Shown here: in pieces, positions 26,020 to 36,270 of the stretch
Numbering within the stretch: the first letter of the stretch is position 1
How the letters are laid out: each line of letters starts with the position of its first letter
Source of the DNA: Octopus bimaculoides
Taxonomy: Eukaryota
NCBI RefSeq assembly: GCF_001194135.2
Contig: NC_068994.1
Span: forward strand, 20,477,849 to 20,541,848
Reading direction: 5' to 3'
DNA: 64,000 nt
Notes under the pieces: generated by a model
Database searches by the model: none
What the model saw: the letters and a program-made list of their open reading frames with translations, nothing else
What the model was told of the DNA's origin: nothing
Translations under genes and position numbers: made by a program

Positions 26020-27952
26020 TGGCCGAGGTGAAAGAATAAATTAAAAACGTAAAATTAAAACAGAACACAAAGGATTCCGCGGTACACACATAAACTCATT
26101 AAAACCTTTAAATACTATAATCCCTAAGTCCCCTCTTTTAAGTTATAATCACTTCTAAATCTTCTCTCATTGGTAACTCCCTCGTCAGATCCATCCTGCC
26201 ACCATTCAGGCTTTGAATTAACGAAGCCCTTACTCTACCCCCAACTTAACTATTTACTTTAATTATTCAGTTTACCCTCACATAGCTAGATTCTGACCCC
26301 ATAAAATACACACATATTTAATAACCCAAGATCCATAATCCCATTTTTACAGGAAAATTACTAAACAATTTAGTCCCTGGCTCTAAAACTTCGAATAACA
26401 CTACAATACACAAAGGTAACATTAAATAACACTCATCACTGCAATGCTTTTATAATAATATTATACTAGTATTCATTAGGAGATACAAACCCAGACTCCT
26501 TTAACTTCATATACCAATACCCAAACGATTAAAACACGATTATAGTAGTAGTTTCACTATGTCATATAATTTACACAAATAGATAAGCCGAAACTTCCCC
26601 AATCACAATATTTTTCTAATCAATGTACCTTTTCAAACCACTATTTTATTATTGTTATCGGTGTTGTTATTTTTTATTACTATTACATTATGTAATACAA
26701 TATTACTATTATATTACTACTATTATAATTGTTCCCCATACTCTGTATTTTGAATTTTTAACTTCAACCCTAGTTTTCCTCTTTATATTTTCTAACCCCT
26801 TTTTTTACATTTTGTAATTTTTGTTCGTTTAGTTTTTATATTTTCTAATTACCATTTACCACTTTCATCATTTATTTATTTAATTTATTTATCCTCTAAA
26901 TAAGTGTATGTACCAATATAATAGATAAGTTGGTATACTTAAGTTGTAGTGGTGTGCTTTGGCTAAACTGACCACTAATCACAAGGATATCATATTTCAA
27001 CTTTACTCTAGCTAAGACATTATTTATGACCCCCCCCCCACTATTCCTGGCCAAGACAGCATCATGTATGTCTGTCATTTACGAACTCATCCCTTTAGAT
27101 CTCTTTATTTCTCTATCTCTTTTTCTATTTTTAGTTTTTTTTTTTTATTATTCCTCTTTCTCTTTACTTCTGTTATTTCATTTTATTTCTTCCATTTTTT
27201 AAATTTTTCTATTTCTTTATCCAATTTCCTTTTTTTACCTTATTACCTTATTCTAACCCTACTAAATCTTTGATATGCATCTTACTTTNNNNNNNNNNNN
27301 NNNNNNNNNNNNNNNNNNNNNNNNNNNNNNNNNNNNNNNNNNNNNNNNNNNNNNNNNNNNNNNNNNNNNNNNNNNNNNNNNNNNNNNNNNNNNNNNNNNN
27401 NNNNNNNNNNNNNNNNNNNNNNNNNNNNNNNNNNNNNNNNNNNNNNNNNNNNNNNNNNNNNNNNNNNNNNNNNNNNNNNNNNNNNNNNNNNNNNNNNNNN
27501 NNNNNNNNNNNNNNNNNNNNNNNNNNNNNNNNNNNNNNNNNNNNNNNNNNNNNNNNNNNNNNNNNNNNNNNNNNNNNNNNNNNNNNNNNNNTCTCATATA
27601 CCCTAGTTATATTTATCATTCACTCTACTCTGAATTGTGGTACAATATGGACAGATTTCGGAATACCGATGAACTTTTATATAAATGTATCAACTTAAAG
27701 GATAACCATATTACAATGGATAATACCAAGTGGACTTTCCCTGTTTCTCTCGCCTGTTTCTCTCTCTTTTTCTTTTTTCTTTGTGATATAATCTTGGGAG
27801 GGAATATATTTGCGGCTGAAGATAGCTTTATACCATCCTGTCTATCAATTATATACTCATATAATGATGCAACGACTGTTTGTGTATAAAGCTTGAAACA
27901 TGTGTACCGCAGAATCCTTTGTGTTCTGTTTTAATTTTATGTTTTTAATTTA
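26020..27952 (+). mobile_element. Penelope-like element remnant with inverted partial pLTR and hammerhead
   Basis: 52-nt inverted repeat (26037-26088 vs 27901-27952, 2 mismatches); weak PLE-like motif GNSLVRS near 26171-26191; hammerhead at 27809-27913. Confidence 0.6.
27809..27913 (+). ncRNA. Type I hammerhead ribozyme motif (Penelope-type)
   Basis: Stem I TTTGCGG/CCGCAGA; core CTGAAGA 27816-27822; 10-bp stem II AGCTTTATAC/GTATAAAGCT; GAAA 27895-27898; short stem III ACA-tg-TGT; GTA cleavage triplet ending 27906. Confidence 0.8.
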
Positions 27953-28160
27953 TACATGTATACATATAGATGTATCTGTACACGTATATGTATAGATATA
28001 TATATAGATATAGATCTATATGCATACATGTATATATATGTGTACATGTATATATATAGATGTACATGTAATATGTACACATATATACATGCATACAGAT
28101 AGCTATACATATATACACCCATACGCATGCACATACACACACATACGCATGCACACAAAC
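27953..28160. repeat. Degenerate (TA/CA)n microsatellite
   Basis: Alternating purine-pyrimidine low-complexity tract. Confidence 0.9.
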
Positions 28161-28786
28161 ATTAGTCATTTTCTTTTATTCAAAACTACGTCAAAAGTAC
28201 TGAATGGATCTTTATGAAATTTGGAAATTATATTCTATGCATGACAGCCATAACCCCCATGAAAATTCATATATTTTTGATGTTGATGAAATTTTAACCA
28301 TACATATTACACACAAATAAAGTAATATNNNNNNNNNNNNNNNNNNNNNNNNNNNNNNNNNNNNNNNNNNNNNNNNNNNNNNNNNNNNNNNNNNNNNNNN
28401 NNNNNNNNNNNNNNNNNNNNNNNNNNNNNNNNNNNNNNNNNNNNNNNNNNNNNNNNNNNNNNNNNNNNNNNNNNNNNNNNNNNNNNNNNNNNNNNNNNNN
28501 NNNNNNNNNNNNNNNNNNNNNNNNNNNNNNNNNNNNNNNNNNNNNNNNNNNNNNNNNNNNNNNNNNNNNNNNNNNNNNNNNNNNNNNNNNNNNNNNNNNN
28601 NNNNNNNNNNNNNNNNNNNNNNNNNNNNNNNNNNNNNNNNNNNNNNNNNNNNNNNNNNNNNNNNNNNNNNNNNNNNNNNNNNNNNNNNNNNNNNNNNNNN
28701 NNNNNNNNNNNNNNNNNNNNNNNNNNNNNNNNNNNNNNNNNNNNNNNNNNNNNNNNNNNNNNNNNNNNNNNNNNNNNNNNNNNNNN

Positions 28787-29088
28787 NGTCATATTCTCTT
28801 CTGTTGGTGGTTTTACCCAAAGGAGATATTTGCGAAGTGTTGTATTGCTCTTGAATACCCACCACGAGGAAATGATCAAGCTCAGTAACAATCTATTAAG
28901 AAACAACTACCCCAAGAACATACTATCTACTCCAAATATGAAGAAAAGAGAGGATGAAACCAATAAACTGTCTACAGTCTGTCTACCCTATGTGAAAGGC
29001 CTCTCCGAAAAGATACAAAAGATATGCGGCCCATATGACATCAGGGCAGTATTCAAGAGCAATACAACACTTCGCAAATATCTCCTTT
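28787..29088 (+). mobile_element. Penelope-like ORF fragment with inversion junction
   Basis: LLRNNYPK...VCLPYVKGLSEKIQKIC..YDIRAVFKSNTTLRKYL is the PLE region between RT and GIY-YIG; 40-nt perfect inverted duplication 28819-28858 vs 29049-29088. Confidence 0.85.
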
Positions 29089-29132
29089 AACTTCTTACAT
29101 AGTTCGAGCCCACAGCAATATCATATCTCCTT

Positions 29133-29300
29133 CACTATTTCAGTATTACATGTCAAAAGTGAAACAATAACATCACTCTACTGTAATGTCAGATACTTTC
29201 ACTTTAATACTGAAACTATTCCACTATTTCACTATTATATGTCAAAAGCGAAACAATAACATGTCGCTACTGTAATGTCAGATACTTTCACTTAAATACT
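29133..29300. repeat. Two tandem copies of an 89-bp internally palindromic unit
   Basis: Units start at 29133 and 29222 (cactatttca.tatta.atgtcaaaag.gaaacaataacat...tttcactt.aatact). Confidence 0.8.
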
Positions 29301-29600
29301 TTCAACTTCATACTGAAACTATGAGAGTGAAACTATATTCTCACATATTTACAGGCATACTATAAGACCCAAGTTAAAAACATTCCCAACAATTCAACTT
29401 CTCTCGTTGACATTAACACACCCACCCTTCATTCCCACATTTTAGAGCTCCATAAGCTCCATTTTGCATGAGCAAAATCCTTTTTATAGGTTCCAGAAGA
29501 CTGGAATTTTGGAATATGCGCATAAAGATCAGTAGTATGGGATAAACGTGTCATGATTAGAATTTTTTAGGGTGTGTAAAGAAGGAAAGAACCCTCATGT

Positions 29601-29714
29601 GCAATTTTGATGAAATTCAAATCATAGGTATTCCAGTTCCTTAAAGAAAATATAACAGAAAAGTCTCATTCTTCAATTGCATGTAACACTGGCAACGCTG
29701 GGTATCTCTGCTAG
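29601..29714 (+). mobile_element. Helitron-like 3' terminus (second copy)
   Basis: Ends GGCAACGCTGGGT-atctctg-CTAG|T; homologous to 21508-21621. Confidence 0.65.
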
Positions 29715-30223
29715 TTATTATTATAAAACTGGTGATCTGTCAGGATTATTGATATGCCAGACAAAATGCTTCATGGCATTTTGTCCATCTTTATGTTCTG
29801 GGTTCAAATTCCACACAGGTTGACTTTGCCTTTCATCTTTTCAGGGTCAATAAAATAAGTACCAGTTAAGTGTTGGGGTCAATGTAGTCAACTTGCATCA
29901 TCCCCTAAAAATTTCAGGCTGTGTGCTTATAGTAGAAAGGATTATTAGCATGGTAGGTCGAAAAATCAGTTAGATACTTCACTTATGCCCTTTTATGTTC
30001 TGTGTTCAAATTGCTTAGGCTTAGCTTTGACTTTCATCCTTCTGGAGTTAGAAAAGTAGTTGGACTAATTTAGTCAAGAGGTTCTTTGTCCAAATTATGT
30101 GGCTTTGCATCATTAAGACTTTTTTACTACTAATATTAACTAGGAATGAATTAAAAAAAAAGAGAAATATGTCTTTACATTAATTTTATCTTGTAATAAG
30201 CCCTGTTTGTTTTGTAATTAGCT

Positions 30224-30385
30224 ATGGCAGAAGGTGAAACCTACACAGTATATGACTCAGACACACATCAGCCATTAACCGTGACTGTCAACCCAGAAGA
30301 AGGACATTCTAGTATTCAATATATTACTCAAGATGGTACCCCACTAACTAGTCTGAATCAAACACAAGCAGCAGAAATAGTACAT
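30224..30385 (+). CDS. NFYA: Nuclear transcription factor Y subunit alpha, first main coding exon (MAEGET...AAEIVH)
   Basis: Acceptor tttgtaattag|ctATG; 54 codons; donor cat|gtaagt, phase 0; joins in frame to the downstream exons. Confidence 0.85.
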
Positions 30386-31051
30386 GTAAGTATTGCTCTC
30401 CATATCTCTCTTTCTCTCTCTCTCTCTCTCTCTCATTACTAGTTTTCTGTTTTGTGTTAATACTGACCAGATCTAACCTCTCTCACAACTACCCTGAAAA
30501 TATACAAACATACCACTGAAATCTTGAAGCTACAAGATAATGGTGTGATTAATTCAAAACAATGTGAATAAATAAGCAATACATTTGACAAAGAAATCTG
30601 AATGATAAATAGTTAATCTTATGTATTTGACTTCAATAGTAGAGTTTAATTCTTTCAACTTTCTTCTGACTATCTTGATGTAGATCTAGAGTTAGAGTAT
30701 ACCTGATAAATCCAATTTGTACTATGACAATCTACATGCAAACTTCCATTTTCCCTGATGGTACTGCTTTACACTGGAGTTATCTTAAACTCCAATTCAA
30801 CACTAGGTAGTTGTTAATAAACCCAGCACACCACATTGTTCTTATATCTTTTTCCTGTTTGACCACATAGTATGGTTTGGTGCATACATTGTTATTGTGT
30901 TGCTCCAGATCAGCTTTCATCAAGGACATTCTAGCCATGACCATCCCATCTTTTATTTTAAGCATAGTGTACCAATGCTTTCATTCTACTACGTGAGATT
31001 TCGTTGTTATTTCTAGTAGAATAGCTGGTCATAAAAAGGTTCTTTCATTAG

Positions 31052-31260
31052 TTAATCCTTTCTTACCAACCTGCCTAAGACCACCTCTGGTTCTAGGACA
31101 CAAACATCCTGTTTTAAAGTGATCTAAATTCAAATCTGCCATTAAAATTTCAGTTCCAATGGGGCAAGTTCCAAGCACCAGCTTAATATTGACAAAATTA
31201 TTTTACAAAATTCTTAATTATTTTAAAAATTAATTGAAGCAAAGGTTGTATATTTCAGCA
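31052..31260. mobile_element. Decayed piggyBac-like MITE copy
   Basis: TTAA-tcctttcttaccaacctgcctaagaccacc..., homologous to 24688-24906. Confidence 0.55.
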
Positions 31261-31407
31261 GCCAGGTCTCTGTTTCAACACGTTAAGTATGTATCAGGTC
31301 ATGTAGTCTTAGATATACCATGTCTGAATGAAAAACAGGATGATCACTGCTGAAATAGGAAGGAAAAAAGGAACACCATTAAATTTGTTTTATTTTGTTT
31401 GAATCAG

Positions 31408-31753
31408 GTAACAGAGTCTCAAAATGCTGTCTACACCACTCTATCGAATTCAACATATGTTGCCACTCCTGCATCTTCCCAGACTGCCATCGCCAACACG
31501 GCTGTGCCTTTGGTAGTGCAATCAAGTAATGGAGTGCAGATGCAGAATGTTCAAGTTCAACAAGCAATAGTCCAACAGCAGTCACAACAAGGAAGCAATG
31601 TCATCCAGGCTCAATCTGTTGTTCAGAACAATGTCTCCAACGTTGCTGGTTCCGGTTTACCACAGATGTTGTTTCTAAACCAAGTTAATGTTAATGGACA
31701 GCCATCTCTCGTTTTGGTAGACTCCAATAATAAACCTGTACAGTTACCTCAGG
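31408..31753 (+). CDS. NFYA: NF-YA Gln/Val-rich activation domain exon
   Basis: gaatcag|GTA ACA GAG...CAG G|gtaagc; Q/V/S/N-rich VTESQNAV...KPVQLPQ; phase 0 to phase 1. Confidence 0.9.
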
Positions 31754-32440
31754 GTAAGCAGTTTTTTTGTTTATCTTTGACTTGTTTCAGTCACTAGTCT
31801 GCAGCCATCCTGGGGCATTGCCTTGAGGAATTTTTTTTTTTGTTAAGTCTGGTACTTAATCCATCATCATCTTTTGCCAAACTGCTAAGTTATGGGGGCA
31901 TAAACACACCAACACCAGTTGTCAAGCAGTGGTGGGGGACAAACACAGACACAAAGATACATACACATAGACATGACAGGCTTCTTTCAGTCTCCGTCTA
32001 TCAAATCCACTCACAAGGTCAGGTATTTTATTATCTCAGCGTTTGCGAAACATGTATAAAAATAATTGCCAAATCACGATAACTCATTTAGAGACTGCAA
32101 AAGGGGGAATAACACTTGCTTAAGTAAACTAATTTGGTCCTTAAAAGATAATAATAAAGAATATAAAATTACCTGAGAAGTAATTAGTAAGGCCAAACCA
32201 TATATTAGAGGAAGCAAACGGAGTAATTGCATAATATATAATATCAAAATTAGAATTGAGATCAAATAAACTATACTAAGTCTATAGGGTAATTAAATAT
32301 GAACTCCTACATAAATTAACTTTATTCTAAGGATTACAGAACAATTTGAGAGTAAATTTAGCAAATTAAATATCAGACTTATAGCTCCTTATTAACAATA
32401 ATAATAATAATAATAATATGAGTAGTATAAGTAACAATGT

Positions 32441-32705
32441 GGAGGCGCGTGGCTTAGTTGTTAGGGTGTCAGCATCATGATCGTAAGATTGTGGTTTCGA
32501 TTCCTGGACCGGGTGACGTGTTGTGTTCTTGAGCAAAAGATTTCATTTCACGTTGCTCCAGTCCACTCAGCTGGCAAAAATGAGTAATGCTGCGATGGAC
32601 TGGCGTCCCGTCCAGCTGGGGAACACATACGCCATTGAAACCAGGAAACCTGGCCCTTGAGCCTGGCTAGGCTTTAAAAGGGTGCATTTATTAATTTTTT
32701 TTTTT
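32441..32705 (+). repeat. tRNA-derived SINE with V-domain-like core, relatively intact
   Basis: A box TGGCTTAGTTG, B box GTTTCGATTCC, core gcgatggactggcgtcccgtccag, T-rich end. Confidence 0.8.
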
Positions 32706-33799
32706 ATAAGTAGCAATACTAGGGAGAGGGATGATAACAACAGTAGTAAACATTCTTACGGTAACCTGATACTAAGCATTAATACTACCATTCACCATTA
32801 AAGTATGGTCTATGTCTACAGAGTGCTAAAATCCCTTGGAAAGCTAGTCAATTTGTTTTTAACCAGCAGAGTTGAAAAGGTCAGGATCTAGGCTCTTGTT
32901 GGAACATTGACAACACCACATGTATGATAGATTTCAGCTGGACCTGTATTTAATTCAGATTCTATCTGAACAATGCAGTTGACTCCTCTCTGAAGACACA
33001 GCAATTAACAATAAATGCACATAAAAATGCAAATTTTTAAGTGTGCATTAATTGCTGCAGTAACATATGTAGGTGCAGAAATGAAAAAAATGTAATTAAC
33101 TGCTGCATAGAACTGGATATAAATCTCTGTTCTTCTTTATTGTTAATTCATTATTTTCTCTACCAAAAGCATGCAGTCTCTGTGAAGACATGGATTTACC
33201 AATTGAAGATAGACTGAGGTTAGTAAATCAAACTAACTGGAGTTTTTATAGATTCCTTGAGGTTAGCCAGCATCAATAAGTGGTAAAAGCGACTACTATA
33301 CCCACTTGGATTTTATATCCCTACCAACCAAAATTTGGAAATTTATATGTGTCTTGCAAACTTTAGCAGCAGGCCACAAAATCCTCGGTCTCCTCCGAGT
33401 ACTATCTGATGCACCAGACTCATGACTTGTAGTTTCCTGACGGGAAGAAGTCTTTGCTGTAGCATTTATCGATCCGCTGTGGTTTGCGTCGGGGATGATT
33501 TGCCACTTGTTTTACGATCAGGCTTCTTTCGGTAGCTGTCTACCAAATCTGGTCATAAAACTTTGGTCAGACTGCAGCTATAGTAGAAGACAATTGGCAA
33601 AGGTGCCACACAGTAGGACAGAACCCAAAAGTATGTGGTTGGGCAGCAAACCCCTTACCACACAGCCACACCCAGTAAATAATGTGGAAAACAATTGTAG
33701 ATTATATTATTCGGGTAGGGAAATATTCAGAAAAGACTATAGTCACAGGGAAGTTCAGCCAGTTGTATATATATGAAATCTATCTATCTATATATATAA

Positions 33800-34333
33800 T
33801 ATACAAGAATAAGGGCAGAGAATCGTCAATTAATAACAGAATTAATAATTAACAATTCTGCCAAGTAGTTCAGTATGAAAAAAACCTTTATCGGTAAGAC
33901 TATTTATCATTATAAATATACAGGGATTAGCAATTGAGTTGCTTCTCCAACATACTGAAAAATTTAGAAATAGCAGTCAAAGAACTACTGATTCCAAACT
34001 ACAAATTTTCTCTAAAGTGGATGGTGATATTTATGGCACACATAGAGACACTTTCAAATTTATCAGAATATTGAGGCTGAAGATTGGAATAGTGAAATTT
34101 CCATTCACTTAACCATGAAACGATTTGTATCCAATTAACTAAAGGCTTGGCTTGTTTACGCTTTTCCCTCCGGTTTTTTGTTCTATGTGTGCCATAAATA
34201 TCNNNNNNNNNNNNNNNNNNNNNNNGAGAAAATTTGTAGTTTGGAATCAGTAGTTCTTTGACTGCTATTTCTAAATTTTTCAGTATGTTGGAGAAGCAAC
34301 TCAATTGCTAATCCCTGTATATTTATAATGATA
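33800..34333. mobile_element. Penelope-like pLTR fold-back (inverted duplication around a hammerhead)
   Basis: 33905-34012 is the exact reverse complement of 34226-34333, and 34026-34046 of 34182-34202; the spacer contains the hammerhead. Confidence 0.6.
34070..34135 (+). ncRNA. Type I hammerhead ribozyme motif (Penelope-type)
   Basis: CTGAAGA 34077-34083; stem II TGG/CCA plus AGTGAA/TTCACT; GAAA 34117-34120; stem III ACG-att-TGT; GTA triplet ending 34129; stem I ATTG(a)GG/TCCAAT. Confidence 0.65.
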
Positions 34334-35083
34334 TCTATATATATATATATATATCATCATCATCATCGTTTAACGTCCGCTTCCCATGCTAGCATGGGTT
34401 GGACGATTTGACTGAGGACTGGTGAACCAGATGGCTACGCCAGATATATACATACATACATGCATACATAAAAACACCTCATACACTCTGTAAAGTAGTT
34501 GGCGTTAGAAAGAGCATCCAGCTGTGGAAACATTGGAGCTTGGAGCAGTCCTTTGGCTTGTCGCTTCCTGTTGAATTGCCCAACACATGCCATGTATATA
34601 TGTATATATATGAGAGTATTGTAGTTTGCTTGAAGCATTGTATATTATTTGTAAAGAATAAAAAGTTTAGAATGGTACAACAAGGCACTGTGACTTTAGG
34701 TCTTCCTCAGTTTATTTTGCCCATCTCTTCTTTGGTGCACTGTGCCAGATTCACCAGTGCATGGTTTGCTGCTACCACAAAAGTTGGTGTAGTTGTCTTC
34801 CAGCGATCATCCTACAAATGGGGCCAAGCCGCTGTATCCTGCACTGCCAAACTTGATCTTCAATGATCAGCTGCTGATGACATTGTTCTCGTGTGTTATT
34901 TGAGATGTGGTCACACAGAGCGAAACTGAGAATCTGACGAAGACACCCTATTAGTAAATAGAACTAAGTACAAATAGTTTGGTTGAGCTGAATGCCCATT
35001 GTTTAATAATTAACCAGAGAGAAGACCTATTTAGTTATTTGTCATCAATGATTAATGGTTATTAATAATTTATCATATTGAAG

Positions 35084-35145
35084 GTATTCAAGTGATAAAT
35101 TTACCAACGCAGCAGATAGCTGGTCAACAACTACCCATGGTCAGT
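35084..35145 (+). CDS. NFYA: NF-YA 62-nt exon ((G)IQVINLPTQQIAGQQLPMVS)
   Basis: tcatattgaag|GT ATT CAA...GTC AGT|gtaagt; phase 1 to phase 0 restores the frame. Confidence 0.85.
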
Positions 35146-36150
35146 GTAAGTATCAGAAACTTTTGTCTTGCTTCTGTATGTTTGGTTGATCTATTCAAAT
35201 TTGTTGCTTTAAAATGCCAGGGTTATATTTTCTTTCTATTTGCTTTTATTTTAAAGTAAGTCGAGTGATAGAATCAACACAGTGTATACTAAATGCATTG
35301 TGATGTTTAGTTCTGTATCATTATATTCTGATTTCAGATCTTGGTGTTAATTCATTTGACTATACTTCCCTCCACGTGTTTGTGACCTTGTGCCAAAACT
35401 TTTTGAAAAATCATTTCTAGTATAAGTGAAAGCTGTGGAATGGCAAAATGTTACAACACCAGATTAAATAATATATCACAGATCTTAAACTGAAGAATTA
35501 GCAGAATTGTCAGAATATTGTTCTAGTTCTTCACAGTCTACGTTCAAACCCATCAGTCAACTTTGCCTTTCAAGTGTTGGAGTCAATTGACTGCTCCTTC
35601 CCTCTAATTTGAGGCTTTGTGCCTATTTTAGAAACACTTATCATCATCATCAACAGTAACAACAACAACAACAACAAGGGGTTGGAGTGACAGAATTATT
35701 AAAGCTTTGAGCAAAATGCACCCCTTCAGCATTTGTTCTTTATATTTTCAATTCAAATCTTGCAGAGGCCAACTCTACTTTTTATTCCATTGATGATGAT
35801 ATACTCAACTAAACCCCTTACCTCGAAATCGTTGGCTTTGTGCTTACTTCAGACACAATTATTAAAGAACAATAGATTAGCAGAATCACTGGAGCATTGG
35901 ACAAAATACCTTGCAGTATTTATTCTGGCTCTTTACATTATGAGTTCAAATCCTGCTGTGGTCAGTCTTGCCTTTAACCCCTTCAGGCTCAATGTATTTT
36001 TGTTTTCTGTCTTCTTTCTTTACGATCCTGGAATCAAACAGACATGATGGATCGATTAGTAGGCAACTTTGCTTTTCCTTGTCTATTATTGTTGTATCTG
36101 ATCTTTTATTTTCTAGCTTACTATTAGGATTATTATTATCTTTATTCTAG

Positions 36151-36270
36151 CCTGGAGAAACTGGAGAGGAGCCATTGTACGTGAATGCTAAACAGTATCA
36201 TCGAATTTTAAAAAGACGACAAGCCAGAGCAAAACTAGAGGCTTTGGGCAAAATACCTAAAGAAAGGCGG
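36151..36270 (+). CDS. NFYA: NF-YA subunit-interaction helix A1 exon
   Basis: tttattctag|PGETGEEPLYVNAKQYHRILKRRQARAKLEALGKIPKERR|gtaagt; the CBFB/NF-YA family signature. Confidence 0.98.

Noticed and set aside
33370-33520. CpG-rich intronic patch considered as an snRNA/snoRNA or exon
   Set aside because: No match to recalled U-snRNA or box C/D or H/ACA patterns, and no good splice sites. Minus-strand RRPRILWP may be a non-LTR relic but is too weak to call.
34874-34935. CTGATGA...stem...CGAAAC hammerhead-like pattern
   Set aside because: Four extra nucleotides after the core, no stem I or III, and it abuts an RTE coding fragment; likely chance.
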